A stretch of DNA of 64,000 nt from Kudoa neothunni (Eukaryota > Animalia > Cnidaria). The number at the start of each line of letters is the position of its first letter. Within the stretch, counting starts at the first letter, position 1. The notes under the pieces were generated by a model. It was given only the letters and a program-made list of their open reading frames with translations, was not told the DNA's origin and ran no database searches. Of the stretch, positions 39,713-53,900 are shown one piece after another. The position numbers were made by a program, and so were the translations under genes. The stretch is taken from NCBI GenBank assembly GCA_964304625.1, contig OZ199838.1, forward strand, positions 962,809-1,026,808, written 5' to 3'.

Positions 39713-41303
39713 TTATAACCTAGGTAACACCTCAATAACATTATTATATCAGGAACATTTTATATATACCAAACACAAAAAACAACCATAGAGGGCATTC
39801 GACAGTAGCCGTTCCGGCAGTCGAACCATTTCCAGCGTCGGCTTGAGGAGTAACACTACTACTACTACTAATACTACCATTACTACTACTACTAATACTA
39901 CTACTACCCACCACCAACATTGCTTACAGTTGCGCTGGCGGTCAAAGGTGTTTCACAGATTTTTTTTGCATGTTTCTTGATCTTTAAAGTTATTCAAGTT
40001 TATTTCTATTCCGTTAGATCTAAATGATTGACAAGTCTTTGCATTTTTGTCCAGATGTTTCATAATAAAATCGATCTATCTTGTATACATCGTTTTCACC
40101 AACAACTCCTACCCTTTGGTTGGTTACACGCATCAACAGCTTTAAGTTCACCAACGTGAGCAGCTATTTTTTTTAGTTTAATATCTTAAATAAATATTTA
40201 TATTCTCGTTATAATGAAATACTGGCAGGACAATAACTTGCACAAAGTTCCACTGAACTAAATATATTTTTCTCTCCATCGTCGACCTTGACAGTTGCAC
40301 CAGGGGCTAACGTCAAAAAAAGGGAGGCATGCCTTTCTTGTTTTGTTAAAATAGTAATATTCTTTTAAATTAGTATTATCAATATTAGTATTTTGAGGTG
40401 GCACTTGGTAGGGGCTGGTGGCGTTGCACGCAGCGACATAGTCAGCTACATTTGATTACATATGAGTTCCTAACACAATGAATACTTATGCATATATCTG
40501 CGCATGTTGGTAGATCATCAAAATAACCCCTTTTGGCCTCCATACCTACAGCGGCGTAAACACATTTCTTTTTGTCTCTATGGAGGATAATTCCCCATTT
40601 TTGGTGTTGCATTATTCACTTCTGCTGCGAATAGACAATCAAAACTCATTAGGGACTTTTGTCAGTTTGTCCTCACCAGTGTCATCCTCGACCTTACTGT
40701 TTACTTTATCTAAAATAATTTTCTCCAAATTCTTCTACAAATTGTATACGCTTACTTTGGCAGGCATTTTTACATTCAGATTCAGTTTCAAAGTTATTGG
40801 CATTCCCGCCACATCCGCTGTACTCGAATTTGTGGCAAGAGTTTTTGGCAACACCCGCCTTCGACAGCAGATTTTGAGTAATACCATCTGACCGATTTAT
40901 TTTCCCCTGATAACTTACATGAACCCTTTGATACACTTAATTCACAAGCATTTGATTTCTCTTCAGGTGTGAATTTTACTAGTTAATGTATTAAATTACG
41001 TAAATTAATAATCGATTACGATGATTCTCACAAACAGCCTTTGATACAAAAATTATTAAAATTTCCAAGAGATCCCAAATATTTAAATGGTTTGCATTTG
41101 GCGGTGTTAACGTCTACGTACCATCTATCAACTACAGCTGCATCTTGCTGTGGTTTAGTCATCCAAGAAGGAGGAGCACCTGCATCCAATACATAAGAAT
41201 CCAAAGCTCGTTCTATTATTAAATAATTATATTTATTTTAAATATCGAGATAACCGAGTGAAATAGTTGTTACAAACGACGAAAATATCCACAGAATAAT
41301 CAT
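39713..41303 (-). CDS. Secreted five-Kunitz-domain protein, copy 1 (several +1 homopolymer frameshifts: assembly error or pseudogene)
   Basis: Signal peptide MIILWIFSSFVTTISL; KD2 ACELSVSKGSCKL...RWYY...SCHKFEYSGCGGNANNFETESECKNAC; same exon structure as copy 2; Ser-rich linker then CPLWLF. Confidence 0.8.
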
Positions 41304-41810
41304 TGTTTGGAAAATAAATACTTAATTTAAATCAAGTTCGTATTTTAACGAAGTAATATAATGCATTTAAGAATAATTTTTACCAATTGATTCATAAATG
41401 AACAATAATAATTTGATTAATACTATTATCTTATAGATTATTTTTAGTTTTTGCTATATTAATAATCGTCCTAATGTACAATGAAACAAATATTAAACAA
41501 AAAATATTTATAAATAAAATTTAGATGATAAATCTTTTTTATGGTGAAATAACTGATTTATAACTTTAGGTTCTATATTCAAGATAATCTAATAACCTTT
41601 AGAGATTATTGTCAATAATTCAAATCTGACATTGCCAAAAACGTTTATGTCCTGAAATTAGAATGTTTAGAAATGGATTAAATATGAGATCAGATAACAA
41701 AATATTATTTTTATGGATAATATTTATAATAAAATGATATATATATAAAATTTATATAAAATGGTGCAATCACAGGACAGACATCATCGAATCACAAAAT
41801 TATTTATAAT

Positions 41811-43856
41811 TAGGATTTGTAATTTTCGACGTTCTTATTTTTTTTTCAATTCGACGGCTTTTATCGATTGAAAAAACTTTTTTTTTTCAGAATCAGATTT
41901 TTTCGACGTATATTTTAAGAATAAAAGAAAAATAAGCTTTTATCAGAGACTAAAAAACAAAATTTTATAGAATAAAAATAATTATTTTTAGTAACTAGTA
42001 GTTAGAATGAAGCATCGAAAACCATTGAAGCGCGTTCATTTGAGAGTTTCATTCGTTCTTCTTTTCGAATTATATGATTTAATTTCGAAAAGCTTCGTTC
42101 TACAGCGATAGATGAAAATGGGTAATGCCAACAAATCCAACGAAAGTTTTGACAGCAATGGGCAAATATTGAATTTTTTCCTTCCAAAAAATCTGTAGTG
42201 ATAGAAGGATGATTTGAATCCCATAATTGCCTTACAAAGGGAAATTGTATTCATCTTTAAGAATAACTTTGTCTTTAACCCCTATTAAATAACAAATATC
42301 ATCAATATGTACATTTTCAATCGATAATGGCGTTGCTGGATCAATGCTTTTGATTGTTTTAAAAGAAAGTGGCTGATGGAAAACAATCATTAATACTATT
42401 TGATATAAAATCATGGATTTTCTCGGTGATGCTCCCGCGAAAAGTTTCAATTTTATTGATAAGATTTGTTCTAATTTCAAATGGAAGAAGTCCAAGATTA
42501 TCTTTGTGATCATTTAGAAAATTCTTCTTCATTCCAAAATCATTATTCATACAGTCGAATATACTTGAAAAAACGAAAATTATCGTTAGTTTCAATACGT
42601 TTCGAAAATTCAACCAGCGGCGTAAGTTCATCAATTAACACAGTGACGGAGAGAAATAAGACATTGATATTCTCAGAATTAATTAATAGAATTTCATTTA
42701 GACGTTTTCCAAATTCTAAGGGTTTAACTTCATTTAGAAAATCGACAACAAGCCGGATAATATTCTTTTATTTGCTTTAAGCAATTGTAAAAAACTATAC
42801 CAACAGATATCCATGACATGAGGAATTTCTTTGACATTTTCCGAATCGTTGTTCTTGAGATGAACCAGAAATGTTCTCTTTGTATTTCTATTCTTTGACA
42901 GAATAGATGAAAAACATCATGCAGAATTTTTTAATATCTAAGAAATATTTCGTCAGTAGCTTTTCGGACAGCAAGGTGGATAATATGAGAAAAGCATGGA
43001 ATTCGAATAATATGTGGATACATTGCTTTCAAATCATTGATGAATTTTTTTCATGTATGACGCTGAATCCGAAATAATAGCGCAACAGTTATCCCATACC
43101 AAGTCGTAACGTTTCAGCACGTTTGATAATTGATTAGCAACGAATAACAGAATTACAATTTAAAATTCTGGATGAATCTAACATAAATATCATTCTTTTA
43201 TTTGAATGGTGATCGTGATAACAAGCCAACGTGTTGAAAACAGGTCTATTATTAAAGTCAGGCGATTCGTCAATTATCAAAATGAAGCGAACATCTACCA
43301 TAGCTAGTTTAATTGCGTCCCATACTCCTCAAAAATATCGGGGAAATATGTTTATCGATAAGAACTCTTCCATCGGGCAATGATCGTGAAGCTGGGGCAA
43401 TATTTAAAAAGAAAATTCCTCAATGAACTATCTTTATTGATAGCTTGGAATAGAAGACCATCAAATAATACGGTCTTTACTGGGTCCATTTCAATTTCGC
43501 TTGAGTTGGATCTATCACGATGCAAAATATCTTTGATGGGGATAGTGTTTTTCACATTAGTCTTCATAGTTGCGTGTTTTTGAGATCCAACATGTTCTTG
43601 TATTCTGTTTTGTTTAAGGGGGTAAAACTAGCTTGCAATATTTGCATGACAACGAGTGTCCCGCAGCTTCCAAGTCGCTTCATTCAATTAAAATAATCAG
43701 CCAACTCTCGACGTTTTCTCCCCCATTTACAAGATTTTTAATTAAACAAAATCGGCTTTTTTTCGATCGAAAAAAAATAAAAACTGGCATGTTTTTTCAG
43801 ATTCGACGGTTTTAAATCGACAAAAAATCGATTATAATCAAAAATTGCAAACCCTA
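41811..43856 (-). mobile_element. hAT transposon (~2.05 kb) with a degenerate transposase
   Basis: TIRs TAGGATTTGTAATTTT (41811) and AAAATTGCAAACCCTA (43841-43856). On -: BED-finger-like SCKYCK...EHVGSQKH, LIIDESPD, IISDSASYMKK, PCFSHIIHL (CxxH), and dimerisation domain SSIAVERSFSKLNHI. Confidence 0.9.
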
Positions 43857-46800
43857 ATTATAAATTACAATGAATCGTTACAGGATGGGTTCGAAATTTA
43901 GATTAAGGACGTCGGTGACACTCCGCTTAGATGCTGATAGCATATACATAATCGAATCCGGTTTATCCGAAAATATTTGGATTTGGTATTTTCGTTTCGA
44001 GACTGAAATTTCGGTTAAACGAAATTCTAAGAATGAGCATGTACGGAGGGGGGAAAATTGTAGGTTGGTTACATACTTTATTTTTCATTATTCAATGTTT
44101 GTTTTACATTATTAAAAGAAAACTCTACTATATATAAATTATACTAGTGAATACAATGTTATAACATTAGTTTAAGGAAGAGTAGTTCTAGATCCAATGT
44201 AATCGACGCACACATACCACCAATACGTGCGACCTTAACGCCGTTCCGCCATATTAGAATGATACATTGTAGGTTCAAAAAAGCTATTTTTTATTGATTT
44301 TTTATAATTTTTTATCTATTTGGATATTGTGAGTGGTATTAATAATGAATTGTAAGAATAATTAAAGTAACAATGAGAATATTTTCCCCGAATTCTCCAT
44401 AACGATATTTAAAATTTCCTCTTTAGTTTATGATATGCCTTATTCTAACAATTTAATTTTGATTGTTTACGACTCAATAAGACTTAAAAGTGAAGGTGTT
44501 AGGGGAAAAAAACTGATGTGTGAACATTGTTTGAATTGGGTTAACTCCATGGATAAATTGGTCTTATGAAGTCACTACTAGTTTATGATTAAACAATCCA
44601 ATAAATTCCATTTTTTTTTATTTTATTACTCATGAATAGATAAAAGGGAATCTGTCTTTACTCAACATTTTTCTGTTCTTTATCAAAATGGTTGTATTTT
44701 GAACATAAAATACTATATTATTTACGTTATTTTGCTTCTATTAATCAAAACATAAAACTTAAAATGAAAAAATAACGAACATAGGCGAAATAAAAATAAA
44801 AGTAGATATCATTTTAACCAGATATTAATCTGGTTTTCAAGACACTTTTACCTGAAAATTCCAGCCAGAAGTTGTTCTTGATCGAGATTGCTGAAATTTC
44901 AGTTAAACGAAATTTTTTTATTTAGAATCTACATCATTTTAAAATAAATTTTAAAAAAATGGTTCGGATAGCGCGATTTTCGGATAAACGGGGTTAGACT
45001 GTATTTAATTTAGTTACAATTCATATAACCAATCATTATATCAAATATTTAAAACTCTGAGAGGAATCATACAATTAACGAGAATTGTTGAAAAAATGAT
45101 TATTTGTATCGTATACGCATATACGTGTCTTGGTATTGCGTAACTTTTCCTTATTCCTAAAATTTGACGAAATATCGAGAGTTTGGTGGGAATTAAGTCA
45201 TAATTATTTTGTTTGTCATTAGTAAAACATCGACGGTATTTTATGTTTAGTTAATTGCAGTTTTAATCGTTCTATTTTCTTCAAGTCTAAATATTCCATT
45301 TTTTTATCTAATGAAATTGATTAAACCAAAATTTTATTTGTACAACTGGTTAGAAATAGAAAGAATTAGAGGTGGTTACCGTTTACTTCGTAATTAATTT
45401 TAACTTCACATGGACAAGAATACATTACTTCATTCTAATCCGATTAAATGAATAAAACTCTTTTATTGGCAAAAAAATAATGATAAAATATTTACAATAT
45501 TATTAATTTTGTCGTCAAAAAGTATATGTGTAAAATAAAAACAACAAAATATAATAAATAAGAAAATATAAATTTAATTGTCTATAAGCTAATTAATGAT
45601 TATATGATATCTCTAATGTTTAATTTCCTTTTTAAATAAACCTAGGTAACGTCAATAACATTATTATATCAGGAACATTTTATATATACCAACACCAAAA
45701 CAACCATGCAGGACAATCGATAGTAGTATTTTTCGAAGTTGAAGGAATATTAGTGGAGACTTGACTAGAATCACCACCACTAACACTACTACCGCTTTCA
45801 CCACCAGCAGCACCACCAGCACCACTAACACCAGTACCACCAACACCAGTACCACCACTAGAAACAGCAGCATCGCTTACAGTTGCGCTGGCGGTCAAAG
45901 GTGTTTCACAGATTTTTTTGCATGTTTCTTGATCTTTAAAGTTATTCAAGTTTATTTCTATTCCGTTAGATCTAAATGATTGACAAGTCTTTCCACTTTG
46001 TCCAGAAGTTCCGTAGTAAAATCGTTCTATGTCGTATACATCGTTTTCACCAGCAACTCCTACCTTTGGTAGGTTACACGCATCAACAGCTTTAAGTTCA
46101 CCAATGTGAGCAGCTATTTTGTTAGTTTAATATCTTAAATAAATATTTATATTCTCGTTATAATGAAATACTGGCAGGACAATAACTGGCACATAGTTCC
46201 ACTGAACTAAATATATTTTTCTCTCCATCGTCGACTTTGACAGTTGCACCAGGGGCTAACGTCAAAAAAGGGAGACAAGCCTTTCTTGTTTTGTTAAAAT
46301 AGTAATATTCTTCTAAATCAGCATTATTAATATTAGTATTTGGAGATGGAGGTGGAGGTGGAGTTTGGTAAGGACCGGTTGCATTGCAAGCGGCGACGTA
46401 GTCAGCTACATGTGATTACATACGAATTCCTAACTCAATGAATACTTATGCAGGTATCTGCGCAGGTTGGTAAATCATCAAAATAACCCCTTTTGGCCTC
46501 CATACCTACAGCGGCGTAAACACATTTCTTTTTGTCTTTATGGAGGATAATTCCCATTTTTGGTGTTGCGTTATCCACTTCTGCTGCGAAAAGACAATCA
46601 AACTCATTAGGGACTTTTGTCAGTTTGTCTTCACCAGGGGACCCTTGGACTTTGCTATTTTTTCGATCTAAAAGAATTTTCTTAACATTCCTCTTCATAT
46701 TATTTAAGCTTACTTTGGCAGGCATTTTTACATTCAGTTTCAGTTTCAAAGTTATTGGCGTTCCCACCACATCCACTGTAATTGAATTCGTAGCAAGAAT

Positions 46801-47759
46801 TTGTAGCGCCGCCGTTGACGGCAGATTTTGAATAATACCATCTAACCATTTTATTTACCTCGGATAACTTGCATGAACCCTCTGATACACTTAATTCACA
46901 AGAATTTGATTTTTCTTCAGGTGTGAATTTAACTAGTAAATGAATTAAATTACGTAAATTAATAATCGATTACGATGATTCTCACAAACAGCCTTTGATA
47001 CAAAATTATTAAAATTTCCAAGAGATCCCAAATATTTAAATGGTTTGCATTTGGCAGTGTTAACGTCTACGTACCATCTATCAACTACGGCTGCATCTTG
47101 TTGCGGTTTAGTCATCCAAGAAGGAGGAGCACCTGCATCCAATACATAAGAATCCAAAGCTCGTTCTATTATTAAATAATTATATTTATTTTAAATATCG
47201 TGATAACCGAGTGAAATAGTTGTTACAAACGACGAAAATATCCACAGAATAATCATTGTTTGGAAAATAAATACTTAATTTAAATCAAGTTCGTATTTTG
47301 ACGAAGTAATATAATGCATTTAAGAATAATTTTTACCAATTGATTCATAAATGAACAATAATAATTTGATTAATACTATTATCTTATAGATTATTTTTAG
47401 TTTTGCTATATTAATAATCGTCCTAATGTACAATGAAACAAATATTAAACAAAAAATATTTATAAATAAAATTTAGATGATAAATCTTTTTTATGGTGAA
47501 ATAACTGATTTATAACTTTAGGTTCTATATTCAAGATAATCTAATAACCTTTAGAGATTATTGTCAATAATTCAAATCTGACATTGTCAAAACGTTTATG
47601 TCTGAAATTAGAATGTTTAGAAATGGATTAAATATGAGATCAGATAACAAAATATTATTTTTATGGATAATATATATATAATAAATGATATATATATATA
47701 TATATATATAATGGTACAATCACGAGACAGAATCATCGTACCATAAAATTATTTATAAT
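43857..47759. repeat. Tandem duplication unit 2 (partner 37923-41810)
   Basis: Direct visual alignment with unit 1. Confidence 0.95.
45632..47256 (-). CDS. Secreted five-Kunitz-domain protein, copy 2 (reading frame intact)
   Basis: Signal peptide, then one domain per exon. KD1 RWYVDVNTAKCKPFKYLGSLGNFNNFVSKAVC. KD2 CELSVSEGSCKL...RWYY...CYEFNYSGCGGNANNFETETECKNAC. KD3 CLFAAE...CVY...YFDDLPTCADTC. KD4 CNATG...YYYFNKTRKACLPF...NIFSSVELCASYC. KD5 CNLPK...RFYY...CQSF...NNFKDQETCKKIC. Gly/Ser linker then CPAWLFWCW. Stop at 45680, or at 45632 if a final intron is spliced. Confidence 0.9.
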
Positions 47760-49470
47760 AGAACTCTAAAAATTTTATTACACAAATTCTGGAAACAAAT
47801 TTATACTTTTAATGTTAGTTACATTTAGTCTTTATATTTCAACATACTATACGTATCCAATAATGTTATTCAAAAGACACTGAAATAAATTTTTTTCAAT
47901 GATTAATGCCATTCTTCTCACATATTCTAAAGAACACTTGACAAATAAACTTTTTGTTTTGTCATCGTCTCTTAGATTTGACAAATATTAAATTAATGAG
48001 TCAGACAAAACGAATAATAATCAAAATTCCTGTTATATAAAACTTAATATGGGATTTGAATTTTAAGTAATTAATTATCTTTTAAAATACTAGTAATCTA
48101 CCGAAAGAAAAGAAGGCACTGGCTATTGATACGGAAGTGTTTTATGCAAAATAGCAACTACAATTGCTCAATATAATTTTTATTTCCGAAATATCCTATC
48201 TATAATATATATTTTTTAGAACCTGCTGTATTTCATTATTTTTGGTCCATCTCAAACGCTTCTAGGGACCAATAATAACTAAATACAGTTTTAATTATAC
48301 CTACTTGAATGTTACGATCCGTGCCAATAACCAATTCCTAAATATTATTCAAAATCAAACATTAATTCAATAATTATAACACGGAAAAGCTATGGCTTTT
48401 AGCAAGTTTAATTTACATTATCGCTATATTAACTGAACGGCATTGAAATAAAAATAAGGTTTTAAACTTTCGAAAAAATATTGTCCAAGGAGAGGGATAT
48501 AATTAATTTACATACTTCCAAAGATCATTGGAAAAATGAAACGTGAAAAATATAATGAGCTTGAAGGTTGCGTACACAATTTGACTGTATCATCGAGAGA
48601 AAAAAATAATCATTGGTTTCTGATAAACAAAGAAATTTCAAATACATCCTGGGGACTGAAAATTGATGACTTAAACTACAGAAATTGATTCGTTCTCTAA
48701 TAACAAAATTAAGTATTGTTTGAAGAACATTAGATTGAATGGTGGGGCTGGTAACGCTAATACAAATACTGTATACGAATGGGTCTATAAGTTTTCTGGG
48801 GTTTTTCAGTGGTGAAAATGGGAGGACAATATTAAATTGGACAAGACATCCCTTTTCTACGATCAATTATTTCAGTAAACATATATAAATTAAATTAAAT
48901 TAAATCGATCTAAAAGGAATGAAGTTATCTAACAAGAGAGTTACCCTCTTGGCGATTTCTTCATTTAAAGGAGAGGAATTCTCTCCTTATGTTACCGGAA
49001 AATTTAATGGCTGCGTTATTTGAACCGTGTCAATGACCTTACAGTGAATTATGTTTTCCAGAAAATGGCTAGATATCCGCAGCTTTATTCTTGGATACTC
49101 TTAAAAACTTTGATAAACAAAATGTAAAGAATCCGTTTTGAGCTTCGGATAGAATCAATATTACAGATGGTAGCTACTAAGCATTATTTCTCATTGATAC
49201 CTTTATATTCTAAATTAGTTCTTACTGAAGAAAATTTTATTTTAAGTTGTATTTCTATAGTATCCTTTCAATGTTTGCATGTATAACCCTGTCAAATTAA
49301 ATTTTGGTTCTCATAATAATGGTTCAATATTTAACGCCAATATTGATTATAAGGGCTTGTAATAATTAATTAAAAACCTCAGAGAATGGCCATATTTTCA
49401 ATTTGATTTAATTACAAATTAATTATTAAAATTTATGCATCAAAATATATTGTAAAAGAAAAAGTTTTCT

Positions 49471-50930
49471 GTGACTGCCAAGTTTAGCCGGAATCTCGCA
49501 TGTGCACACCGTCGTATATTATCAGAGATACGCACATGTCGGCGCGCGTGTAAAACCATGAACCAAGAAATTAGTGCCGATGTTACTATTACAAAAACGA
49601 CAAAAAATAAGATAGAATTTTTTATAGTGGATTTTTTTGTAATAAAGATTATAAAACAATCGTTTATCAATATCGGAGGTGTCAAAAACGGGGGCGTAAA
49701 GGTAGGAAAAAAATATTTCCAGCAGAAAGGATAGAGAAATTGGACCCGTTAGGTTTTCATAATCAATTGATACCCGAGGAAGAAAACAACAAATAATTTT
49801 TCAAGGAAAAAGTCAAGAATATCGCAGAAAGCACCATTTATCCAACCAATGAAGTTTATGATATTGCAACTAATCAAGATGTCCAAAAATTTTCAAATAT
49901 TCCCAAAAAGTCCGTTTATCAAGTAATTCATGATATAAGAAAACGAAGGAGCATCGATGTAAATCCTGAGACAAATCTTTGTGGATCAGTAATGACCTTA
50001 AGGAACAAAAAGTTTTGTATATACGATTCTGGACCCGAGGATAATAATAGAGTTATTATTTTTACAACAGAAGAAAATCTTTCCCACCTAAAACATTCAA
50101 AATTTTTGATTTGCGACAAAACATTTAAGATGGTTCCAAGAGCGTTCTTCCAAATGTACACTATTCATGACCACGTTTTTAACAAAATATTACCGTTGGT
50201 GTTTATATTAATGACAGATAAGTTGGAGAGCAGCTATGACCGTATTATTCAAAATTATAAGAAAGATAGGAAACTTGGAACTTCCCAACATTATCATAGA
50301 TTTTTAGGTTTCTGCGTATAATGCATTTAAAAAAGAAACAAAATATAATGTGTTCGTCTGCTTGTTCCATCGTAGCCAATTCGTTGATCGAATAATGCAT
50401 AAGTTGGGTCTATCGAATGTTATCGGGAAAATAGTGAGTTTAAACTTTTTGTCAAGTGCGTTACTTCGTTAATCTTTGTACCAAAAGATTGCGTGAAGAT
50501 AGAATATGAAAAATTACTTCTTCAAGCCAAGAAAATAGAAATAAAGAATTTAAATTTATTCCGGAGTTATTTCGAGAAGAACATTAATAATAGTAATAAA
50601 TACCCTGTTGAATCATGGAATTCTCATTCTCGAATCCTTAGTGACATTCCTCTAACCTCCAATAATGCAAAGTTTCCATAGACATCTTTATGCTAGGTTT
50701 GACCAAGGAAATTCAGGTCTACTAACTTTTATTAAAAATTTACAAGAGAGACAAAGCTCAGTTGAACAAGAAGCAATGTTTTATTTGTGTAACCCTAATA
50801 ATGATCCTTGGAGTTTAGATGATAAATTAAAAATGAAATAGTTGAAATCTTTATGTGAGAGTTACCATCGGTATTATGATATATTCTTAGTTCAGACCAT
50901 TTCCAAAGAACATAACTTGTATATAGTGTA
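49471..50930 (+). mobile_element. Mutator-like (MULE) transposase pseudogene
   Basis: RVIIFTTEENLSHL...FLICDKTFKMVPRAFFQMYTIH...ILPLVFILMTDK..SSY, IIIDF, CLFH, and WNSHSRILSDIPLTSNNA. Frameshifted; element ends not located. Confidence 0.85.
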
Positions 50931-53900
50931 ACTCGAATTTCCCTTACCTGCACTTCATTTTATATCTTAGTTTTTATAATTCTTATGCTATCGCTGATAG
51001 TGATTACAGGAATAAATTTCTATTAGATAGAAGTTCCAGTTTATTGATATTACAAAATTTATGATCATATGTGTCATTTCCATATATTTGCAGATCATTT
51101 GAAACATATCATGGTGTCTCTCTTTGATTATCCTTTAATTCACGATATTGCTCAATATATATTTTACGAACTTTAATCGAGACTTTTCCGTATAAAAAGT
51201 TTTCCTTCCTTTTTATCATGAAAGATTGCGTTTTCTCTGTAAAAATATTTTCTCCGCCTTCGCATCAATTAATATTACATTTTGATTTTCAGGATACATG
51301 TTGGACCTTTTTCCAACCTTATGATAACAATTTATTCCTACCTAGTTTATGTTATCTTTTTTGAAAAATTCTATCAATCTTTTATTTATTAAGAATATAC
51401 CAATGTTTATTTATAATGTGTATAGTTTTATAACTCAAATTATTGTCACCGTCTTTTTGTTTAATTATTTTAAGTTATTACGAATTTTAATAATATACTA
51501 TGAAAGATATGTATAAATTACTAAAACTTTGATTTATATGGAGGGATAAGAATGTTTTTAACAAACTGTCTTACCTACTACGTACAAAACATCTTATCTT
51601 TAACAGGTTCGTCACAATCACATGTGCCTTTAACCACTCATGAGTTTGTATTACGGGTTTTTTACTTTTAACGTACGTATATAAATCTGTATTCATGAAG
51701 TTGCAATAAAATAATTTTATTTTAGTTAATAAATTTTTTATATGGCGATTATATTAGATTCCTGTGTTTTATTCCATGATAATACTTGAATCATGGATCT
51801 ACAATTTGAATTTTAAAAGCAACCATACCTACCCACAGATTTACCTTAAGTAATTTTAGGGTTAAAATCAATACCTTGAAACACGATTAAAATGAATTAT
51901 ATGTCGAACAAATAAATCTAGAATTACCTAAAAGTTTAATTCTCGTCTAAAACATAATGCAACATTTAATTTATAAAAAGCTTAACCGTTGTTTCGCACG
52001 TATATGTACATATTTATTATTTAATCTGGCTTGTTTTTACATATTCTGCATGCTAGGAAATGTAAACCATTATTAATTTTAAATTATCGATAGAATAACA
52101 GACCTTTTTAAAACTTATTGGTCATAATTGTAGATTCTGTGTCATTCTTTTATTTATCCCTTTTCGCTATCATATTAATGGAGAGAAAAGGTATAATTTA
52201 TCTTTTTCAATCAAAACAAAATATAACTGATTCATAACCAAATTTTTGGTGTTAACCGGAAAATAAATAATTTTCAACTAATATGTAATCAAACCACTTC
52301 ATTTTTATCTAATGAAAAGAATATTTAACTACTTAAGAATGTGTTGAATCACCGCTAAAGTTAATTAAATTAGAGAAAATATTAATTTAAGAAATAATGA
52401 ATTTTTCTTTGAAACTTTCCAAATTATTTAATAGGAAATGGTTATAACTAACTTAAATAATTTAGATGAACCTGTACTTGGGTTAAATGTATTAGCTTAT
52501 TCTAAAGAAGTATTGAACGAAAGTAAAGATCACGAGTTGAAATAACATGACATTAAATGACACTTCCATCGGTTAAAACACACGATAAATCCATTATGGA
52601 TAGTGCTATTGAATTTTTAAATACAATAATGAATTTTGAATGAATAAAACTGCTTAGAAACGTAATATTTTAAAAAGCGTTGGATTTTTGTATCTGGATA
52701 TAACTTTTTATAGATAATCATACACTATATATTCTTTGAGTGTGTATAAATTTACAAAAATTGGTACGTTTTGCATTTTAAATAATTTTATTTGTCAAGA
52801 GTACAACCGGAAATCGGTTACATACTGTTCTAATCTTTGTAATCCATGTTATGGGGAATAGTCGTATGAATTTATTTTAAAATTATATCCTATAAAAATT
52901 AATAAATCTCATAGCTGGCATATATAGGAATCGAAATAAGATTTAAAAACTTCAAATAATTAGCTAATTATAATATTGTAATGAGCAGAAAAATTTTGAT
53001 TATTAATTTCTCATGATGTGGTGTATATAAACTTAAATAATATAAAAAATATAGGAAACCTTAAGAAAATATATGTATATTATTATCGTCTTTTTATTAT
53101 GTGCAAACAGAATAGATCGAAAAATTGCAGCGTTGATTTTAATTTATTGGAATCAGATTATTTATTGTTAATCATCTGGTAAAACGTTTCCATCATGTTA
53201 AAAATATATTATATATTATTTTTATTCTTTAAAATTTTTGGTATACCATTATTAAACCTTAATGCTTAGGCTAAAATTAAATTCACTCGATATATATAAG
53301 GATTTAATATTAAATACCTAAACATAAAATAAAAATTTGATTGAATTAATTTTAAGAAATAATATTTCAATTATGGAGAGTACTTTGGAATTAAACGTTA
53401 TATATAAGAATTAAATGATGCCGGACATATAAGCAACGGTTTTGCAATCAATGTTTTATGCTAACAAAAATAAGTTATAATATTTACGTACATTGCATAG
53501 TTTTATAGTATTAATATGATAAATAATTTAAATACAACTTAGACAATAAGATTATGGATTATTTTTTATAATGAACACATAAAACAAATGGCAACACATA
53601 TCATTGGGAAAAGGTTTATTTACTTGTCAACTGTTCTTCCTAAATACATCAATTAGACATAAAAGCGAGAAAATCTATAATATAATTTATCAATACATGA
53701 ATTTATTACATAACTATGTTTTAGTTAACCTATAAAAAAGACTAAATAAAAAGAAAATCTAGTGCGCATGTGCAGATCACTAAATATATTAACAGAAAAT
53801 AATTTCAAAAAATTAATATTTATGCATCAAAATTTATCGCAAAATAAGAATTTTTCTTCTGTTCATTTCAACGAATAATTAATAATAATATTTTAAAAAC

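Larger units (their letters stand above)
37923..41810. repeat. Tandem duplication unit 1 (~3.9 kb; partner 43857-47759)
   Basis: Near-identical sequence from ATTATAAATTAC to AAATTATTTATAAT in both units; duplicate ORFs at 37936 and 43870. Confidence 0.95.

Noticed and set aside
45664-45979. Poly-Val/Leu and poly-Thr ORFs resembling membrane or mucin peptides
   Set aside because: They are alternative-frame and antisense readings of the Gly/Ser linker of the Kunitz gene.
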